Position numbers and translations under genes: made by a program
NCBI GenBank assembly: GCA_041652235.1
Contig: JBAZHQ010000001.1
Coordinates: forward strand, 32 to 64,031
Reading direction: 5' to 3'
DNA: 64,000 nt
From: Opitutaceae bacterium
GTDB lineage: Bacteria; Verrucomicrobiota; Verrucomicrobiia; Opitutales; Opitutaceae
Notes under the pieces: generated by a model
Seen by the model: only the letters and a program-made list of their open reading frames with translations
What the model was told of the DNA's origin: nothing
Database searches by the model: none
Shown here: positions 59,540 through 64,000 of the stretch, one piece after another
How positions within the stretch are numbered: position 1 is the first letter of the stretch
How the letters are laid out: each line of letters starts with the position of its first letter

Positions 59540-61572
59540 CCGGCCTGCACCCCCTCGCCTATGCCCTTCTGCTCGATCTGCTCCCGCAGCTTTGTTAGTT
59601 CTCGGTCAAACCGATCGGACTGGCTAGTGAACAACTCCCGCAGCAGATCGGCAAGTCTGACCGACATGGAATCTGCAGCTTGTGCAGCCGCATCCTTAAT
59701 TCCCTGGATCTTCGTTTCCGTCGCGGCAATGCGCTTTTCCTCTTCGGCCGCTTTTGCCTTCTGATCCTCAACGGCCTCTGTACCTATCCCAAGACCGGAC
59801 AGGATGCCCTCCCGCTCTGGGTGCCGCTGCCGCAATGCATCCAGCCGTTCCTTTGCCTTCTCGGCAGAAGAATGCTGGGCGAGGAATGCTATTTGACGAT
59901 CGGTAGCGGTCCCCGATGCCTCGGCCTTCAACGCCGCCGACAACTTTGCTCTCATAGCCGGATCGGTCGCTAACTGGCCGGCCATAGAGTTTCCGGCCTG
60001 CTGCAATGCCGCTGCATTAGACAGGTGCGCCTCCCGCATCTCCTTCAGCTTGCCAAGGTACTCCTCAGCATATTGTATCTGCCGCTGATACTGCCGCTGC
60101 TCTTCGGCACCGCGTTTCTGTGCGGCATCCTGAAGACGCCTTTGAGCGTCTTCCTGCGCCTTCTCTGCCTTCTGTAGATTGGCCTCCGCCTCGCCAGACC
60201 CTTTTGTTAGCGATCCGGCCCCCATCGCCGCTTCCCGCGCCTGCTGCTCCAGTTTGATCCCGTGCTGACCCCCAGTCATCAGCAGATCATGACCTGATCC
60301 AACGACGCGTTTGTAGCCGGCCCACCAACCCTCGTTAGCATTCGGCAACCAATGGCCATATTCGGCAACCCGCTGCTGGGCTGCCGCTGAATGGCTAACA
60401 CCAAGGTTAGCAGCGTTCCGGGCCGCCTCAGCCTTTCTAGTCGCCTCAGCCACCTCTGTTTTTCGCCGGGCCACCTCTGCCGCAGCGCGGGTCTCCTCCC
60501 CACGCATAGCCTGAAGCCCGGGCTGCCCCTTCGCCCAATCACCTGCAATAGCGGCCTCAACGGCGTTGTACCCAGCGGCACCCGGCTCCCGCTTTTCGCG
60601 GTAGGGGGCGATGGCCCCGGACCACCGCCAGGTCATCTTCGAGAGGATAGGCTGCCGGGCGGTTTGCCATCGCTGCGAATGCTCGGCCTGCCGCTCAGCG
60701 TAGTCCTGCTCTAGCCGACGTTGATTCGACTCCTTTGCGTACTCCAGCTCTGCTATCCGACTAGCGGCTGCCTCGCTAGCTTGAGTCTGCCCTCTGCCGG
60801 CTTCGGTTGTGCCAGAGAAGATGCCCAGCCGCTCTTTGGTACGGGACTCCTCAAGCCTCGGTCCCAGAGTACCTAAGTAGTACCCTGCTGCCGTCCCTCC
60901 CACCACGGCCGCTGCTGGTGCCGCCAAGCCGGCCAACGCCGTCGTGCCCCCAGTACCCAAAGCGCCCGCGAGCTTTGAGCCCAGGCCGCTACGTGCCAGC
61001 ATTCCGTGAGCACCCTCGACCGCCACCAAGGTACGAATGAGCTTTTCGGAATCCTTCTGGCCGACGGACAGCATGAGCGCGAGGCCACGGGTCATCTCCA
61101 TCGACCGCTGCATGGCCTGGCTAACCTGCCGCTCGGCCGCTACCTGTGCAGCCGCCGCCTCTCGATGGGCTTTTTCCCGCTCCTTGATCCCGTTCTTGAT
61201 GGCGTCGGACGCGCGCTTCGCCTCGGCCATCTGATCCCTAGAAGCCTGCTTGTTTAGCTCCGCCGACCGCTTAGCCTGCTCGTTCTCCCACGCCTGCTGC
61301 TGTTGTAGATCGGCTTTGTGTTGCCGCTCGTGCTCCCTCCGTCGCTGCTCAACCCGATCCTGCATCGACTGGCCGGTCGTAGCTGAGCCCTTATGGGCCT
61401 TTGCCTGCTCCTCAAATACCGCCGCAGCCGCCTTTGCCGATTCCGCAAACGACTGCTGAATCTCCTTCTGAGCCTTCTTAACCTGATCGACCAACGACTT
61501 CAGGTCTTGGGAGACGGACTGACCCATCTCCGTCTGGAGCACAAAGACAACTTCTCGCCTTGATTCAGCCAC
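59536..61572 (-). CDS. Tape measure protein
   Basis: 678 aa with Ala/Gln/Glu/Arg-rich coiled-coil composition and a hydrophobic Gly/Ala segment (GALGTGGTTALAGLAAPAAAVVGG). It follows the chaperone pair. GTG start. Confidence 0.7.
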   Translation of the reverse strand: MAESRREVVFVLQTEMGQSVSQDLKSLVDQVKKAQKEIQQSFAESAKAAAAVFEEQAKAHKGSATTGQSMQDRVEQRRREHERQHKADLQQQQAWENEQAKRSAELNKQASRDQMAEAKRASDAIKNGIKEREKAHREAAAAQVAAERQVSQAMQRSMEMTRGLALMLSVGQKDSEKLIRTLVAVEGAHGMLARSGLGSKLAGALGTGGTTALAGLAAPAAAVVGGTAAGYYLGTLGPRLEESRTKERLGIFSGTTEAGRGQTQASEAAASRIAELEYAKESNQRRLEQDYAERQAEHSQRWQTARQPILSKMTWRWSGAIAPYREKREPGAAGYNAVEAAIAGDWAKGQPGLQAMRGEETRAAAEVARRKTEVAEATRKAEAARNAANLGVSHSAAAQQRVAEYGHWLPNANEGWWAGYKRVVGSGHDLLMTGGQHGIKLEQQAREAAMGAGSLTKGSGEAEANLQKAEKAQEDAQRRLQDAAQKRGAEEQRQYQRQIQYAEEYLGKLKEMREAHLSNAAALQQAGNSMAGQLATDPAMRAKLSAALKAEASGTATDRQIAFLAQHSSAEKAKERLDALRQRHPEREGILSGLGIGTEAVEDQKAKAAEEEKRIAATETKIQGIKDAAAQAADSMSVRLADLLRELFTSQSDRFDRELTKLREQIEQKGIGEGVQAG

Positions 61573-61576
61573 GGCT

Positions 61577-61972
61577 CTAAACCCTGGGCAGCATTAACGA
61601 CGCCAGAATGCTCTGGCTGGTCAGTCTGTCATGCGAGGTAAACAACTCGTACAGCATAGCAAAATTCTGTTCCGCCACATCGTCCACCTGTCTCGGCATC
61701 ACCCGATGAGCATAGTAACACTGCAGCGTCATCTGGTTTCTGGCGGATAGCTCCGACCCTCGCCCGATTCTCGGGCTCTTCTCAGCCGAGCCATTACACT
61801 TCGGACATGAGTGGCAAGGGGGCGACGATCCTTTCGGACGCGCGATCGGCTTCCCAGTCGTGTGGTCTCGCACGATGGTGCCGGTCTCGGTATTGAATAT
61901 CCAACGCAGGCAGGCATCACATGATCTCGCGGCAGCGCTGGGGTGTGATAGTAGCAGCAACACCCCAGCCAT
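61577..61972 (-). CDS. Tail assembly chaperone extension (gpT-like, expressed by -1 frameshift)
   Basis: In the -1 frame relative to 61972..62436. Its ATG lies 3 nt past the slippery site. Confidence 0.6.
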   Translation of the reverse strand: MAGVLLLLSHPSAAARSCDACLRWIFNTETGTIVRDHTTGKPIARPKGSSPPCHSCPKCNGSAEKSPRIGRGSELSARNQMTLQCYYAHRVMPRQVDDVAEQNFAMLYELFTSHDRLTSQSILASLMLPRV

Positions 61973-62436
61973 CAGTTTTTTCGGTTGGTCTCGTCTCGAA
62001 CATCACCAACCAGACGATTTTCGTCGATCGCCTGGTTAGCCAGCCCGCCCTCCTCGGCTACCGTCTCGGCAGACCAATTGGGATCGATGTCCGTTGGGAT
62101 CGTGCCGCTGACGATGCCATACATCTTCCAGAACACTTCCGGCGATAGATGCCGGACGGCATCAAGATCGAGTGCCACAGGGTCGCCATTTCGGTCGACA
62201 ACATCCCAGGACACCAATCGGCTAAACAACACCTCGGATCGTTTCAGGAAGTTGGCCGGGTTGCGGGGGGTATCGACCAGGTTTGCCAGCCCGGCGTTGA
62301 AGCCGGCCTGCTGCACCGCCGTCATGGGTCGATAGCTGAACCGCACCTCTTCGTTCAGCCCGGGCCGGGCCTCCACGAATCCAGGCATCGTGTAGCCATC
62401 GTTCGGAATGTAGTTTCTCGGTTTGTGATTTTCCAT
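61972..62436 (-). CDS. Tail assembly chaperone (gpG-like)
   Basis: 154 aa between the tube and tape measure genes, ending in the slippery site. Confidence 0.65.
   Translation of the reverse strand: MENHKPRNYIPNDGYTMPGFVEARPGLNEEVRFSYRPMTAVQQAGFNAGLANLVDTPRNPANFLKRSEVLFSRLVSWDVVDRNGDPVALDLDAVRHLSPEVFWKMYGIVSGTIPTDIDPNWSAETVAEEGGLANQAIDENRLVGDVRDETNRKN
61975..61981 (-). promoter_or_regulatory. Programmed -1 frameshift slippery heptamer A_AAA_AAC
   Basis: Minus strand reads CGA AAA AAC TGA. The heptamer is in the zero frame immediately before the stop. After the slip the frame reads AAA AAA CTG ATG GCT..., which is the downstream ORF. Confidence 0.7.
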
Positions 62437-62466
62437 CGGACTCTCCCCGAAGTAGTGAAGTGGTTG

Positions 62467-63312
62467 TTACGCAAACGCGATGTCGTCCGTTGTGTTGATG
62501 GCCGATCCGCTGACCTTGGTCGCCATCATATTCAGGGTCAGCAGAGATTCCCCGCCCTTGTTGGCGATGTCGGGCGTCTCGGCCGGCACCTGCAGCCTGG
62601 CAAACGTGAACGTGCAGGAGTTGGTTCCGTTGTTCAGCACCAACGTTCCCGCCGCTCCACCAACGGCCTGATCATACAAAGCATAGTTAGTGTCGTTGTA
62701 CGGATGGGTGGACATCAGTTGGATCGTGCGGTCCATCTCGACTACCTGAGCCAGGGTCGTGCTGTTCAGGAATCGTTCGGCGTCCAGGTGGTTGTCGATT
62801 ACGAGCTGGAAGTTCTGTGTCTCGCGGGCGGCGCTCACCAGGGTCAAAACCATGTCGGCCAGAATAAACGGAATCGCACTGTTAGGTGCGGGGGCCGTAC
62901 CAGTGTTCGTGACCTCCGTCTTGCCGACGATGTCCAATGAGCAGGAAATGATCCCACCCTGCGTTCCCGCAATCGTCGCCCGACTGATCTTGCATCCTGT
63001 GTACGTGTCAACCTTGATGTGCCGATTGACCACGGTATTGAACTCGGTGAGTCCTTCGGCAGCGTTTCCGGCCGGCCCAATGGCCAACGCCATGATAACC
63101 ACCAGTTCCGCGTAGGACGGTTCCAGCATAACCGAACCGCCGATCCGCTGCGGGCCTTTGCGAATGTCGGTGTCGAAATGGGCTCGCGTAGCTCGCAACC
63201 CATTTCGCTGCAGCAGCACCTCTTTCTTCCCAATAGAACAGCTTATTGCGCTCATGGCCGTGCCGTTCAAGCCGATCGAGGTCAGCGCATTGGGGGTGTA
63301 ATAGACAGTCAT
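62467..63312 (-). CDS. Major tail (tube) protein
   Basis: 281 aa, upstream of the chaperone pair. The call is based on position. Confidence 0.5.
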   Translation of the reverse strand: MTVYYTPNALTSIGLNGTAMSAISCSIGKKEVLLQRNGLRATRAHFDTDIRKGPQRIGGSVMLEPSYAELVVIMALAIGPAGNAAEGLTEFNTVVNRHIKVDTYTGCKISRATIAGTQGGIISCSLDIVGKTEVTNTGTAPAPNSAIPFILADMVLTLVSAARETQNFQLVIDNHLDAERFLNSTTLAQVVEMDRTIQLMSTHPYNDTNYALYDQAVGGAAGTLVLNNGTNSCTFTFARLQVPAETPDIANKGGESLLTLNMMATKVSGSAINTTDDIAFA

Positions 63313-63322
63313 CTAATCGCTC

Positions 63323-63889
63323 CTATGTTAGGCCACGAGGTTCGCGGCATCTGAACTTCAGCAACAAAGCGGACGCCAGGACATTTTGTCCCCAAGCAAT
63401 GGGTATCACGGTTTCAGCCGGCTCGACGGTTCCGATGATCACCTCGGGCACGCCAGTCAAACGTTGGTTCTGGAATGCGTGCGATATCTTTTCCTGCCAC
63501 AGGCTCATCACGTCCAGGTTCAACTCCAGCGTGGCCTCGGCGTTGTCCTTCATGACCATAGTAACCAGGCACGGTCTGTAATAATCATCCCGATCCGTCA
63601 CGCCCTCGTTAGACGGCGCAGCTACTCGTTGCGGCGTGATTATTATGCACGGTAGGGCAACCGCCTGATCCGCCCGGCTAAAGATGCGGGTCATGGGCAG
63701 CTTCTTTACCACGATAGACTGGGCTGCTAATGAGACGTCATCCCCACCACCAGGATCGTGAACGACCGGGAAGCTGATGCTCGCTATTCTTGTTTGGACC
63801 GCAGCCAAGCATCGGTAATGCACGCTGTCGTCCGGAGACACAGCGGTGCCTACAACACCTGGCGGGTTCCATAATCCAATCGCTATCAT
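63323..63889 (-). CDS. Tail terminator / head-tail joining protein
   Basis: 188 aa, upstream of the tube gene. Confidence 0.4.
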   Translation of the reverse strand: MIAIGLWNPPGVVGTAVSPDDSVHYRCLAAVQTRIASISFPVVHDPGGGDDVSLAAQSIVVKKLPMTRIFSRADQAVALPCIIITPQRVAAPSNEGVTDRDDYYRPCLVTMVMKDNAEATLELNLDVMSLWQEKISHAFQNQRLTGVPEVIIGTVEPAETVIPIAWGQNVLASALLLKFRCREPRGLT

Positions 63890-64000
63890 TCTTCCGGCAC
63901 CGTCCCCGTTATAGTTCGGGCACCCGTTACTGGGTTGTAGGTCACGGACAGCGCGGTGGTCGATCCGTCCTGCCGCTTGAACACCGCAGTATACGTCCCA
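63886..64000 (-). CDS. C-terminal 37 codons of a gene truncated by the window edge
   Basis: Hand translation gives ...GTYTAVFKRQDGSTTALSVTYNPVTGARTITGTVPEE, with a stop that forms an ATGA overlap at 63886-63889. Confidence 0.35.
   Translation of the reverse strand, partial: GTYTAVFKRQDGSTTALSVTYNPVTGARTITGTVPEE

Noticed and set aside
1-64000. CRISPR arrays, rRNA genes, transposases/IS elements and integrase
   Set aside because: None was seen. The only direct repeats are short (17-52 nt) and are explained as operator boxes, cassette junctions, leaders or hairpins. No tyrosine- or serine-recombinase motifs were recognised, so lysogeny cannot be asserted despite the Xis-like HTH.

Overview
The window looks like most of a GC-rich tailed dsDNA phage or prophage genome with a siphovirus-type tail module and no cellular housekeeping genes. 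Nearly every gene is on the minus strand, tightly packed, with many ATGA/TGATG stop-start overlaps. Read right to left, the layout is as follows. (i) 64000-54242: tail module, with a tail terminator-like gene, tube, a chaperone pair with a canonical A_AAA_AAC -1 frameshift site, tape measure and tip proteins. (ii) 54008-53046: a lone plus-strand DnaG/T7-type primase. (iii) 53045-52486: a divergent control region. (iv) 52485-49341: a visibly lower-GC island of small genes with their own conserved translation leader, including an HD hydrolase and a coiled-coil protein. (v) 49211-49123: a promoter with four TACCTTGA repeats. (vi) 49079-24071: early, replication and recombination genes. These include an Xis-like HTH, a DnaB-like helicase, an SNF2 helicase, a 645-nt non-coding gap, an amidoligase / GATase-II / AAA+ / DUF-like cassette, a sigma-like factor, a hyper-acidic protein, CsrA, a sliding clamp, a UDG-PolA fusion, Dam, a clamp loader, a gp32-like SSB, a RecA-like protein, a PD-(D/E)XK nuclease and SbcCD. 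(vii) 23992-6715: packaging and head module, with TerS, TerL, portal, a small lipoprotein, ART-like cargo proteins, MuF-GNAT, a three-gene sugar-nucleotide/glycosyltransferase insert, protease-scaffold, decoration protein, major capsid and connectors. (viii) 6633-1: secreted or peptidase/lectin-like proteins (poly-Pro secreted protein, papain-like peptidase, LamG, M14-like peptidase). Signals not explained by ordinary annotation: (a) an AT-rich word, ATACAAA on the plus strand and GCAGTTTGTATG on the coding strand, that is strongly over-represented, strand-biased, present in all three reading frames and confined to the 12-48 kb block; (b) a repeated peptide/DNA cassette junction (EAWTDEAR.KSAETRARNK) marking domain boundaries in MuF-GNAT and ART-like proteins; (c) a NeuA-like / GT29-like / GT-A-methyltransferase trio inside the head-morphogenesis cluster; (d) three enzymes (AAA+, GATase-II, amidoligase) that share a 19-nt start-associated leader; (e) a purine-rich non-coding region ending in a D-arm-less tRNA-like fold. 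All functional calls rest on motif recognition by eye, since no database search was possible. The ORF track also writes M for GTG/TTG starts, so several starts were re-set to internal ATGs that have Shine-Dalgarno-like sequences.
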